NCBI GenBank assembly: GCA_963675745.2
Contig: CAXXWX010000019.1
Coordinates: 416,001 to 480,000, forward strand
Length of the DNA: 64,000 nucleotides
Direction of reading: 5' to 3'
From: Phycisphaerae bacterium
Lineage (GTDB): Bacteria > Planctomycetota > Phycisphaerae > UBA1845 > Fen-1342
Below the pieces are notes generated by a model that saw only the letters and a list, made by a program, of their open reading frames with translations, searched no databases and was not told the origin of the DNA. Made by a program: the position numbers and the translations under genes. Shown piece by piece: positions 50,039 to 59,559 of the stretch. How positions within the stretch are numbered: position 1 is the first letter of the stretch; each line of letters begins with the position of its first letter.

Positions 50039-52161
50039 GCACGACACCGGCCGGCCTGCCGCCACATCACGCTGATCACGACCTGATGCGCCCGCTGGCG
50101 CGGTTGCGGACACGCTGTCGGCTCTATCTCGCGCTCGACGGATTGGGGGAGCTCTCTGTAGTGATGGTTGCGGTGGTTGCGGCGCAGCTCCTGCTTGACC
50201 GGTGGCTCAGACTGTCTCTCGATCAGCGCCTGGTGCTGGATCTTGTGATTGCCGCACTCTGGCTGTGGGTGGCCTATCGCGCGCTCGTGCGGCGCCTGCG
50301 AATCCCGCTTGGCATAGCGCGCCTGGCCGGCATCGTTGATCAGCGTTATCCCGAATTGCAGGACCGCCTCACCACCGGCGTGGAGTTTGCCGCGGGCAAC
50401 GACGCCGGTAGTGCCGCCCGCGCGCCGGCGCTGGTGGCGGCCGTGGTCGCCGAGGCGTGTGCGGCGGCCCGGCAGGTACAATTCTCCGCCGTGCTGAATC
50501 ATCGACGCGCACGCCGGCGCGCGCTGGGCCTGTTGGCAATCTGTACGCTCGTCGCGCTGGCAATCGGCTTTCAGCCGGCAACTGTGCGCATCTGGTTCTC
50601 GCGCAACTGGCTGCTACAGAGCGTGCCGTGGCCGCGCCAGACCCACATCTATCCGCTGGGTTTTGACCAGGCACGCTACCGGGCACACGCTCGCGGCGAC
50701 GAGCTGGAAATCGTCGCCAATGTCACCGGACGCATGCCGCGCACCGCCACGCTGGACTGGTGGACGCCAGGCGGACAGCGCGGTGCTGTGCCGCTCAAGC
50801 GTGTCGGCCGAAACCGGTTGCAGGGCTCGCTTGGACAGGTGACCGAGAGCGTGTCCTTTTCAATCACCGGCGGCGATGAACACACGCCTGACCACCATGT
50901 CGAGGTTGTCGATCGCCCACGCATAATCCACATTACCGCGCGCGTCACACCGCCCGATTACACAGGCCTCGACCCGATGGTCACCTCACAACAGACGACG
51001 ATCGAGATTCTCCGCGGGGGGTGGCTCGACCTCATGGTCACCACGAACAAACCCGTCGCCGAGGCGTGGCTTGTCGGCGGCGGCGACAGGGTGCCGTGTG
51101 TGGTGGCCGGTACGGATCGGGTTACGGTTTCATTGCCGTCGCCTGACGCCGGAAGCTACGCCTTCGACATACGTGACAAACACGGCCTTGAAAACGTGCG
51201 CCCCGTGCCGCTGAGCATCATAGTCCTGCCGGACACTCCGCCAACGGCGCGCCTCGAACTGCTCGACGTCGGCCAGTACATCACGCCGCAGGCCCGGCTT
51301 GACCTGGCCGTATCATTCGAAGACACGTACGGCCTCGCGACGGCCGCCGTAACGGTTCAGAGCGCGCGCCTGCCCGAGACCGTGTTTGAGCTGAGTGAAT
51401 TCGGGCCGGGCGCCAGTGCGTTTGCCCAGGTGTATCCGCTCGATGTTGCCACGCTCGCCACCACGCCGGGCGACGTGCTGCAACTTGCGGCCGAGGCGAC
51501 TGACTTCGACCCGCTTGGGCCCAATGTGGGGCGCTCGAAGGTCGCGCGTCTGGAGGTGCTGTCGCGCGAGGATTTTCTTAGCGCGCTGGTCAAGCGCGAG
51601 TTGACCCTCAGGCGCGAGTTCGAGCAGCTTGTGGCGGCACAGCGGGCGCTGCGTGAGTCCGTCCTGCGCATCCTGGCGGAGACCGACGCGGGTGATCCAG
51701 ATGTGTTGTCCAGGCTTGCGGCTCAGGGTCGGCGCCAGGAGTGGCACGCCGGTCGCTGTGATGCCTTTCAGCGAGATTTCGGGGCGATACTGGCCGAAAT
51801 GCGGACGAGCCGCGTCGCGCGCGCGGCGGATGAGCTTCGCATCGGCACGCGAATTGCAGCGCCGCTGGCGGAGCTGGCCGGCGATCTGATACCGGCGGCG
51901 GCGACCGAGATCACGCAATCCCGTGGACCGGCACAGCTTGAGCGCGTACACGCCGGCCAAGACGAGATCGTCGCGCGCATGGACGCGGTGCTCGAGAATA
52001 TGCTGGAGCGGGAGGGCTATCGCGAAGCGGTCGAACTGCTCGAAAACATCATCGCCGAGCAAGAGGAGATTCGCGAGGACACGCTGGAGGCGCTTGAACG
52101 CCGGCTCGATGAACTGCTCGGCGGATTCGAGCGTGACGATGACCGCGCGCCGGAGCCCTGA
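50035..52161 (+). CDS. Membrane-anchored Ig-like/coiled-coil protein (DUF4175-like)
   Basis: GTGA overlap with the previous gene, N-terminal TMs, PELQDRLTTGVE, VTPPDYTG, PDTPP, DTYGL and coiled-coil C-terminus. Confidence 0.7.
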   Translation: MSTTPAGLPPHHADHDLMRPLARLRTRCRLYLALDGLGELSVVMVAVVAAQLLLDRWLRLSLDQRLVLDLVIAALWLWVAYRALVRRLRIPLGIARLAGIVDQRYPELQDRLTTGVEFAAGNDAGSAARAPALVAAVVAEACAAARQVQFSAVLNHRRARRRALGLLAICTLVALAIGFQPATVRIWFSRNWLLQSVPWPRQTHIYPLGFDQARYRAHARGDELEIVANVTGRMPRTATLDWWTPGGQRGAVPLKRVGRNRLQGSLGQVTESVSFSITGGDEHTPDHHVEVVDRPRIIHITARVTPPDYTGLDPMVTSQQTTIEILRGGWLDLMVTTNKPVAEAWLVGGGDRVPCVVAGTDRVTVSLPSPDAGSYAFDIRDKHGLENVRPVPLSIIVLPDTPPTARLELLDVGQYITPQARLDLAVSFEDTYGLATAAVTVQSARLPETVFELSEFGPGASAFAQVYPLDVATLATTPGDVLQLAAEATDFDPLGPNVGRSKVARLEVLSREDFLSALVKRELTLRREFEQLVAAQRALRESVLRILAETDAGDPDVLSRLAAQGRRQEWHAGRCDAFQRDFGAILAEMRTSRVARAADELRIGTRIAAPLAELAGDLIPAAATEITQSRGPAQLERVHAGQDEIVARMDAVLENMLEREGYREAVELLENIIAEQEEIREDTLEALERRLDELLGGFERDDDRAPEP

Positions 52162-52268
52162 CCTGCCCGAAGGTCCGCCCGGGCGATCGCGCACTCTGGC
52201 CAAGCCGGCCGCCAGACAGTAAGTTGTCAGCGGCAAATCGAGATCTCGATGATTGGAGAAGGGCCCCG

Positions 52269-53456
52269 ATGAACAAGCTGGCCGTCGCTCGAAAACTGGT
52301 TGACGACATGAGCGCCGCCTCATGGATTCGCGAGATGTTTGAGAAAGGGCGGCGTCTCAAGGCCGAATTCGGCGCCGAGAATGTCCAGGACTTCTCACTG
52401 GGCAACCCGAACGCCGCTCCACCCGCGGAGTTCTTTGACGCCTTGGCCACCGTCGTGGCCGAGCGCAGCCCCGCGGCTCATCGTTACATGCCCAACGCCG
52501 GGTTTGACGAGGCGCGTTCGGCGGTGGCGGCGTTTTTGTCCCGCGAATACGACATGGCGTTTGACGCCGCCGGCACGATCCTCACAACGGGCGCTGCTGG
52601 AGCGTCCAATGTCGTGATGCGGACCCTGCTGGACCCCGGTGACGAAGTCATCGTGTTGGCGCCGTTCTTCCCCGAGTACCGCTTCTATATCGAGCAGGCG
52701 CAAGGCCGCATGGTGGTCGCGGAGACCAAGCCCGACTTTCAGCTCGACCTTGCGGCGATCGACGCGGCGCTGACCGACAAGACACGCGCGGTTCTGCTCA
52801 ATACACCCAACAACCCCACCGGCGCGGTCTACCCCGACGCTGATCTCGCGGCCCTGGGCGAGTTGCTGTCGCGGCACGACAGCGATACCCGGCCGATCTA
52901 CATGGTGTGCGACGATGTCTATCGGCGCGTTGTGTTCGACATGAGCAGGTGTCCGACGCCGGCTGCCCACTATCACCGCGCCATCGTCGTATCCAGCTAC
53001 TCGAAAGACGTAAGCGTGCCGGGCGAGCGCCTGGGGTACATAGCGTTACCCACGGCGATACCGGAGCGCCAGTTGCTGATAAACGCGATGACCATGCTGA
53101 ACCGGACACTGGGTTTCGTGAACGCACCGGCCATCATCCAGCGCGCGATTGCGCTGTGCGCCGATGCGCTGTGTGATGTGGGCACATACAAGGAGAACCG
53201 CGACCTGCTCTGCGGCGCACTGGTGGATTTCGGCTATGAGCTGCCGGTGCCGCAAGGCGCGCTCTACGCGTTTCCCAAAACGCCGCTTGCGGACGACGCC
53301 AAGTTCATTGACGTTTTGCTGGAGCAGAAGATCCTCGCCGTACCGGGCCGCGGTTTCGGCCGCGCCGGCCACATGCGGCTGGCCTACTGTGTGGATCGCC
53401 AGACTATCGAGCGGTCTCTGCCCGGATTCAAAGCCGCCATCGATGCGGTGCGCTAG
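52269..53456 (+). CDS. PLP-dependent aminotransferase class I (aspartate aminotransferase-like)
   Basis: SWIREMFE, DFSLGNP, NTPNNPTG, DDVY and SYSKDVSVPGERLG motifs. Confidence 0.92.
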   Translation: MNKLAVARKLVDDMSAASWIREMFEKGRRLKAEFGAENVQDFSLGNPNAAPPAEFFDALATVVAERSPAAHRYMPNAGFDEARSAVAAFLSREYDMAFDAAGTILTTGAAGASNVVMRTLLDPGDEVIVLAPFFPEYRFYIEQAQGRMVVAETKPDFQLDLAAIDAALTDKTRAVLLNTPNNPTGAVYPDADLAALGELLSRHDSDTRPIYMVCDDVYRRVVFDMSRCPTPAAHYHRAIVVSSYSKDVSVPGERLGYIALPTAIPERQLLINAMTMLNRTLGFVNAPAIIQRAIALCADALCDVGTYKENRDLLCGALVDFGYELPVPQGALYAFPKTPLADDAKFIDVLLEQKILAVPGRGFGRAGHMRLAYCVDRQTIERSLPGFKAAIDAVR

Positions 53457-53482
53457 CAGCCGGCAAGACGGCGGAGCAGCCC

Positions 53483-54181
53483 GTGTGCCCACAGGTTTCA
53501 GAACTCGACGGCATATTCCTGGATATGTACGGGACGTTGACGACCGGCGATCGAATGGCCGTCGAAACCACCTGTCGGCAGATCGTGGCGGACACGGGCG
53601 TCGCACTGACCGCACACGAGTTGAGCATTCGCTGGGGTGACCGCTTTTTTGCGTGTCTCGACACGTTCAATGACGAACGCTTCAAGAACCTCTTTGACAC
53701 CGAGGCCGAATCGCTCGTCATGACCATGCGCGAGTATGGCGTGGAGGTTGATCCGCGGCCCTACGTCGAGAGATTGACCGCCTATTGGCGCGACCCGCCC
53801 TTGCAGCCCGAAGCGCCGCAATTTCTCGCGGAGTTTCCACTGCCGATCTGCATCGTATCGAACGCCGATCGCGACGACCTGGATGTCGCACTGCGGCGGC
53901 GGGAGGTCAACGTGGCGGGTGTCGTGGCGTCGGACGAGGTCGGGTGTTACAAGCCGCAACCGCGGATCTTCGAGGCGGCATTGAACCTCACCGGCTGGAG
54001 TCGCGAGCGCGTGATCCACGTCGGCGACTCGTTGCACAGCGATGTCGGTGGCGCCCTCGAAGCCGGCATCCGCAGCGGCTGGCTCAACCGCGCGCACCGC
54101 ATACACGACGTCGGCACGCACATACCCGACTACGAGTTCGAAGACCTGCTCGGCATCACGCACCTAATCAACGGCCGGTGA
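53483..54181 (+). CDS. HAD family hydrolase
   Basis: LDMYGTL, VSNAD, YKPQPRIF and HVGDSLHSDVGGA motifs. Confidence 0.9.
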   Translation: MCPQVSELDGIFLDMYGTLTTGDRMAVETTCRQIVADTGVALTAHELSIRWGDRFFACLDTFNDERFKNLFDTEAESLVMTMREYGVEVDPRPYVERLTAYWRDPPLQPEAPQFLAEFPLPICIVSNADRDDLDVALRRREVNVAGVVASDEVGCYKPQPRIFEAALNLTGWSRERVIHVGDSLHSDVGGALEAGIRSGWLNRAHRIHDVGTHIPDYEFEDLLGITHLINGR

Positions 54182-54210
54182 CCGCCGTGCCAGCCGGCTG
54201 CGTGGAAAGT

Positions 54211-54366
54211 GCTTCCGATGTACGGCGGCCGGCGAGGCGCCGGCCGTTACATGTAATGTTCGACCGTTTAGCGCGTATCGCGCTGTAGCGGCCTGCGCCT
54301 CGCAGGCCGTCTGCGTAGACAGCGCTTCCAATGTACGGCGTCCGGCGAGGCGCCGGCCGTTACATG
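54211..54366. repeat. BIME-like cluster of three REP-like palindromes
   Basis: 43-nt near-identical direct repeats at 54211-54253 and 54324-54366 flank an oppositely oriented GTAG REP at 54285-54309. Confidence 0.8.
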
Positions 54367-54436
54367 CTATGCGGACACGTAGTACGCCACGCGGATATGT
54401 AGCACGCCCCCCGCGACGCCTCCCGCGGGACCGGTG

Positions 54437-54778
54437 CTAGCGCCGGTGCGTAACCCGGTTGTCCTCGCCGATCTGCGTGAACTCGAACACCAGCCCGACC
54501 GGGCATGACACGTCATTGTCCTCGCCGACGATCTCGATTTTCTCGACGACGGCCCCGTCTTGAATGAAGACGCTATTATCCGCCCCCATGATCGAGAGCT
54601 TCGGCACTTGTGAGCCCTTCTCGATCGTGATCTCGTGGTCAGCGCCGGTGATTCCGACAACTCCGTGATAGATCTGTTCGTGGCGCGTGCTGTCGCCGGT
54701 GATGGCGTTTGTGGCGCACCCCGCGATAGAAACGATCAACAACATACCCGCGCACAGCTTTGCCGATGCTCCAGTCAT
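54437..54778 (-). CDS. Small beta-solenoid lipoprotein (DUF3060-like)
   Basis: AGGAG RBS, IAGC lipobox, repeated I.G.DN.V units. Confidence 0.65.
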   Translation of the reverse strand: MTGASAKLCAGMLLIVSIAGCATNAITGDSTRHEQIYHGVVGITGADHEITIEKGSQVPKLSIMGADNSVFIQDGAVVEKIEIVGEDNDVSCPVGLVFEFTQIGEDNRVTHRR

Positions 54779-55081
54779 CGTGAGTCTCCTGTTGCGGTTC
54801 TTTGTCCACACCTGGTCGGAACTGATGCTACGTCCGTTTCCGTTGAGCCAGCGCTCAGAGCGTAACATGGCCAGACAACATTGTGGACACCGTCGGGGGC
54901 ACAAGGTTGGCCACGCGTCACAGGTTACCGGGGCCGCCACACCTCCCTGACCCGGCCTCGGCCCTGCTCCGGTTTTGTCGATTGTTGTCGAGTCGGCTCG
55001 AATATCGCCGGGCGCACAGCGAAGATCAGCCTGGGCGACGCCACGGCGGCGAAGCCCGATGTGTGTATAAAATAACAGTTG

Positions 55082-55090
55082 TGCTATAAT
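55082..55090 (+). promoter_or_regulatory. Extended -10 promoter
   Basis: TGcTATAAT upstream of the Yip1/ABC operon. Confidence 0.6.
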
Positions 55091-55178
55091 GGGCACGCGC
55101 GGGGTGGGGCGCTACATTGCAGGCTGGATTGCGTCGTCGCGTATAAACCGGCGGCGCGCGTTTCAAGAGGACGTCACA

Positions 55179-55991
55179 TTGTCGGAGATACCGGCACCCG
55201 CGGTGGCCAGAGCAATTGGTGCGCGCGATATCCCGCTCGTGTTCGTCGCGCCACGGCGGCTGTTTGCGCGGGCCGAGGATGTGGGCGCCTACGCCTGGCC
55301 GCTGGTCATCCTGCTGACCGCCGTGACCCTGCTCGGCGCGGCCACGGTGCAGACCGGGTTAATCGAACTTGAGGTCCGACGCGGGGTGGATGCGCGAATA
55401 GCCGCGCTCGACAGCGAGCAGCGCGACGTGGTCGAGCGTTCCGCCCTGCGCGAGATGTATGCGCAGCAGCGCAAAATGGGAGAGTTCTGGGAGCTGCTCA
55501 CCAACATCAAGGTCGTCGCGGCCGAACCGCTGAAGGCGCTTGCCAACGTGCTGTTAGTGGCGGCGGTGCTGTACGGCGTGGTGGCGCTTACCGGGCGCAA
55601 GACCGAATGGCACACCTTGCTGACAATCTGCGTCTTCGCCGGCTTCATCGATCTGCTGCGACTTATCACCGTGCTGGGTCTGATGCTGAGCTTTCGCACG
55701 CTCGACGTGGACACATCCGCCGCACTGCTCGCCCCGATGTTGACCGGCTCGGAAGGAGTGGCGCCACAGCAGACCGCGGCGGTGGCCGGGCTGCTGACCG
55801 CGGTGGATCCGTTTCGGATCTGGTATTGGCTGGTGATCCTGATTGGCCTGTCGGCGACCGCGCAACTGCGCGGCTGGCGGGCCTGGAGCGTGTGCGTATT
55901 GTGCTGGTTGATTGGGGCGGGGACGCGTGCGGGACTGGCCGCCGCCGCCGCCGCGAGCATGGCACCCGCATCGGCTTCTCCCGGCGCATGA
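55179..55991 (+). CDS. Yip1 family membrane protein (YknW-like)
   Basis: VFVAPRRLF, several TMs, VDPFRIWYWLVILIGL; TTG start with AGAGGA RBS. Confidence 0.75.
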   Translation: MSEIPAPAVARAIGARDIPLVFVAPRRLFARAEDVGAYAWPLVILLTAVTLLGAATVQTGLIELEVRRGVDARIAALDSEQRDVVERSALREMYAQQRKMGEFWELLTNIKVVAAEPLKALANVLLVAAVLYGVVALTGRKTEWHTLLTICVFAGFIDLLRLITVLGLMLSFRTLDVDTSAALLAPMLTGSEGVAPQQTAAVAGLLTAVDPFRIWYWLVILIGLSATAQLRGWRAWSVCVLCWLIGAGTRAGLAAAAAASMAPASASPGA

Positions 55992-56031
55992 ACGACCGCG
56001 CTGCGCCGCACAGATGTATCGGAGTCACGTC

Positions 56032-57426
56032 ATGAAAACAGTGCTCGGATTGGTCGCCCTGGTCGTAGCGGTGGGCGGGATCTACCTGCTTAACGACCGG
56101 ATGCGCAATGACGACGGCAAGAGCGTGCTGCACGTCGCGCCGGAGCCGGACGTGTTCGTGGAGGCTCAACACCCCGAGCAGCGCGACATCATTCGCACTG
56201 TCCAGGCCCCCGGCGAGGTCGAGGCCTTCGACGAGGTTGACATAAGTTCGGAGGTCGTCGCCAAGATCCTCGAAATGCCGGTGGAGGAAGGCGATCAGGT
56301 GGAGAAGGGGGACCTGCTGTGCCGGCTTGATGACGCCGACTACCAGGCTCGGGTTTTGTCCAGGCAGGCCAACGTCGCCAAGCTCGAGGCGATGATCACC
56401 CAGGCCGAAGCCAATCTCGAGAAAGCCCAGCGCGACTGGGAATATCTCCAGCGCGTGCGCGAGATTCACGCGACATCGCGGCGCGAGCTGGCCGACTACC
56501 AGACCGCGCTGGTAAACGCCCGGGCGACCGTCGACATGAGCAAGCAGGAGCTGGTCGAGGCCGAGGCCTTGCTCCAGTCGGCGCGCGAAGACCTGGAACG
56601 CACCGTGATCCGCGCGCCGATCAGCGGGATTGTGTCGCAGTGCTTCGCCGAAGAGGGCGAAGTCGTCATCACGGGCACGATGAACAACCCCGGCACACGG
56701 GTAATGGTGATCAGTGACCTGTCGAAGATGCAGGTGCGTTGCCGCGTGGATGAGGAAGACGCCGCCCTGGTCTCCACCGATCAGCCCGCGCGCATCTATC
56801 TCCAGTCAGACACGCACCGCAGCATACCCGGCAAGGTATTCCGAGTCGGCACCAAGGGCACCAAGCAGGCCGGCCGCGATGTTGTCACCTTCGAAACGCT
56901 GGTGCTGATTACGGGTGTGGATCGGCGGGTCAAACCGGGCATGACCGCCAGCGTAGAGATTGAGGTCTCGCGCCGGGAGCAGGCCCTGGTGGTCCCGGTG
57001 CAAGCCGTGGTCCACCGCAAACGCCGTGATCTTCCGGACGAGCTGATCGAGAAGCTCGACGCGCGGCAGACAGATGCCGACGAGGAGGAATCGCGGAAAG
57101 CGGCCGAGTACGTGCGCGTGGCCTACTGCATGGAGGACGGAAAGGCCTATCCACGCCTGGTTGAAACGGGGATCAACGATGCCGCCGGCGTGGAAATCGT
57201 TGCGGGCGTGACCGCCGATGACACGGTGATCACCGGTCCATTCCGCAGCCTCGACCAGATCAAGGAAGGTACTCCGGTCAAGCTCACCGAAAAATCCAAG
57301 ACGGCCCTGGCCAAGAAGGACGAGGTGGAGGGCGAGGAAGAGAAAGTGACGGACTCCGCCGACGCGCCGGCCGAAACGGTGGCGGCTGACGACGTCGGCG
57401 ATTCCACTGCGGGCGGTGGGGGATGA
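56032..57426 (+). CDS. Efflux periplasmic adaptor (MacA/HlyD-like)
   Basis: EVDISSEV, VEEGDQVEKGDLLCRLD, IRAPISGIV, GEVVITGTMNNPGT, KPGMTA and VPVQAV motifs. Confidence 0.92.
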   Translation: MKTVLGLVALVVAVGGIYLLNDRMRNDDGKSVLHVAPEPDVFVEAQHPEQRDIIRTVQAPGEVEAFDEVDISSEVVAKILEMPVEEGDQVEKGDLLCRLDDADYQARVLSRQANVAKLEAMITQAEANLEKAQRDWEYLQRVREIHATSRRELADYQTALVNARATVDMSKQELVEAEALLQSAREDLERTVIRAPISGIVSQCFAEEGEVVITGTMNNPGTRVMVISDLSKMQVRCRVDEEDAALVSTDQPARIYLQSDTHRSIPGKVFRVGTKGTKQAGRDVVTFETLVLITGVDRRVKPGMTASVEIEVSRREQALVVPVQAVVHRKRRDLPDELIEKLDARQTDADEEESRKAAEYVRVAYCMEDGKAYPRLVETGINDAAGVEIVAGVTADDTVITGPFRSLDQIKEGTPVKLTEKSKTALAKKDEVEGEEEKVTDSADAPAETVAADDVGDSTAGGGG

Positions 57427-58184
57427 TCATGGTCGATCACAATGATGCCCCCGCCAAACCGGTAATCGAACTCGTCGACCTGCACAAGATTTACCGCGTC
57501 GGCACCGAACTGGTACACGCCTTGCGCGGCACAACCGTGACCATCCGTGAAAACGAATATGTCGCCATCATGGGGGCCTCAGGTTCCGGCAAGAGCACGA
57601 TGCTCAACATCCTCGGCTGTCTCGATATCCCCACGCGCGGCATCTACCGGTTAGGGGGCAAAGACGTGGCCAGGCTATCGCAATCCAAGCTGGCGCGCAT
57701 CCGCGGACAGCGCATCGGGTTCGTCTTTCAGTCGTTTGAGTTGTTGCCGCGCACGACCGCCCTCAAGAATGTCGAGTTGCCTTTGAGCTACACGCGTGTG
57801 CGCCATCGTCGGCAACGCGCGATTGACGCCTTGAAACGCGTCAACCTGCTGGATCGCTCCCACCACCGGCCCAACCAGCTTTCGGGCGGCCAGAAGCAAC
57901 GCGTCGCCATCGCCCGCGCCCTGGCGCAACAACCTGACATCATTCTCGCCGATGAGCCGACGGGCAATCTCGACAGTCAGACCGGCGAGGAGATCATGGA
58001 TATCTTCGATCGGCTGCATGAAGACGGCCAGACCATCATTGTTGTCACCCACGAGGACGAAATCGCGCGGCGTTGCAGCCGGACCATCAAACTCAGGGAT
58101 GGCCGGATTGTGTCGGACAGCGGCAATGGGCATGTGGTGGACGAGACAGACGGGCTCGTCGATGTTGCGGTGTCAGCACCATGA
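57423..58184 (+). CDS. ABC transporter ATP-binding protein (MacB/LolD-like)
   Basis: [35 protein letters not shown] and VTHE motifs. Confidence 0.96.
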   Translation: MIMVDHNDAPAKPVIELVDLHKIYRVGTELVHALRGTTVTIRENEYVAIMGASGSGKSTMLNILGCLDIPTRGIYRLGGKDVARLSQSKLARIRGQRIGFVFQSFELLPRTTALKNVELPLSYTRVRHRRQRAIDALKRVNLLDRSHHRPNQLSGGQKQRVAIARALAQQPDIILADEPTGNLDSQTGEEIMDIFDRLHEDGQTIIVVTHEDEIARRCSRTIKLRDGRIVSDSGNGHVVDETDGLVDVAVSAP

Positions 58185-59449
58185 AGACGGCTCAGCTCCT
58201 GTTCAGCGCCTTCCTGTTCATTCCCGACCGCATCGGGGCGGCGATCGGTAATGTGATTACGGCCCTGGTGCAGATCTGGGCCAACAAGGTGCGCTCGCTG
58301 CTCACTGTGCTCGGCATCATCATCGCGGTGATGTCTATCATCACGGTAGTGTCGCTGGTCGAGGGGTTCGGCAATCACGTGACCGGCTTTTTGCGCGGCT
58401 TGGGCACCAACCTGATGGTCGTTTATCCCGAGTGGATCCGCGGCCCGCGCGGCGAGTATCTGCGACCGGCAGAGATGACCATCGAAGACATTCGCGCCGT
58501 GGACGCCGGCGTCGAATCGATCCGCTACACGTCGCCGGTGATTTTCGGCGGCGTGTCGGTCGAGTACGGGCGTCAGCAACTGACCGGCGTCACGATGCGC
58601 GGTACGAATGAGTTCTTCAAGCACATCCGCAATTTCTATCCCGACGCCGGACGTTTCTTTGCCGCCGTCGATGTTGATGCGGGGACGTGGGTGTGCGTGT
58701 TGGGGCGCGAGGTGCTGCGCAAGCTCGAATGCGACGAGTCAATCGTCGGCGACTACGTGCATCTCGACGGCCAGCGATTTCAGGTGATCGGCCTGCTGGA
58801 AGCCAAGGGCTCTTTCATGGGCGATAACCAGGATGAACTGGTCGTCATCCCCTACACCACAGCGCTGAAGCTGTACCCCTGGCGCCGCAAGTACCTCGCC
58901 TTCTATGTCGAAGCGAAGAGCGAGCACGAAATCACCGAGGCCCGCGTGCAGATGGTGCGTGTGCTCCGCGAGCGACACGGCCTGAAGCCCGGCGACGCCA
59001 ACGACTTCGGCATCTTCAAGCAGGACCAGATTCTTCAGCAGTTCAACCAGATTCGCACCGTGGCCACCAGTGTCCTGGCCGGCATCGTCAGCATTTCGCT
59101 ATTGGTCGGCGGCATCGGCATCATGAACGTCATGCTCGTGTCCGTCACCGAGCGCACGCGAGAAATCGGCCTGCGCAAGAGCGTCGGAGCGCACAGACGC
59201 GACATCCTGCTCCAGTTCCTGACCGAGGCCGTTGTGCTGTCAACCGTCGGCGGCGCGATCGGAATCGCGCTCGGCTATGGGATTGTGCATATGTGCTCGC
59301 TCTACCCCGGCATGGTCAAGGCCGATGTACCCTATTGGTCGGTCCTGCTGGCGCTCGGCTTCAGCGCCGGCGTGGGGATCTTCTTCGGGATTATCCCGGC
59401 GTTCAAAGCCGCCATTATCCACCCGATCGACGCCTTGCGCCACGAGTAA
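58181..59449 (+). CDS. ABC transporter permease (MacB/FtsX-like)
   Basis: NKVRSLLTVLGIIIA, VGGIGIMNVMLVSVTERTREIGLRKSVGA and PIDALRHE motifs. Confidence 0.95.
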   Translation: MKTAQLLFSAFLFIPDRIGAAIGNVITALVQIWANKVRSLLTVLGIIIAVMSIITVVSLVEGFGNHVTGFLRGLGTNLMVVYPEWIRGPRGEYLRPAEMTIEDIRAVDAGVESIRYTSPVIFGGVSVEYGRQQLTGVTMRGTNEFFKHIRNFYPDAGRFFAAVDVDAGTWVCVLGREVLRKLECDESIVGDYVHLDGQRFQVIGLLEAKGSFMGDNQDELVVIPYTTALKLYPWRRKYLAFYVEAKSEHEITEARVQMVRVLRERHGLKPGDANDFGIFKQDQILQQFNQIRTVATSVLAGIVSISLLVGGIGIMNVMLVSVTERTREIGLRKSVGAHRRDILLQFLTEAVVLSTVGGAIGIALGYGIVHMCSLYPGMVKADVPYWSVLLALGFSAGVGIFFGIIPAFKAAIIHPIDALRHE

Positions 59450-59512
59450 ATCGAATACCGAACAAGACGAGCGCAGTCGAAGCGGCCGCCCCCAGTGGCG
59501 GCCGTAGCTAAT

Positions 59513-59543
59513 GTAGGGTAGGTCGAGCGCGGCGAGACCTGCC
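59513..59543 (+). repeat. GTAG-type REP-like palindrome
   Basis: GTAG-GGTAGGTC-loop-GACCTGCC between convergent genes. Confidence 0.5.
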
Positions 59544-59559
59544 GTGATCGCTACAGCCG

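Noticed and set aside
54211..54366. Possible mini-CRISPR
   Set aside because: Only two 43-nt repeats, the intervening sequence contains a related REP palindrome, and there are no cas genes.
55089..55178. ATG 55089 as the Yip1 start
   Set aside because: It overlaps the TATAAT -10 box; TTG 55179 has an RBS and is in frame.
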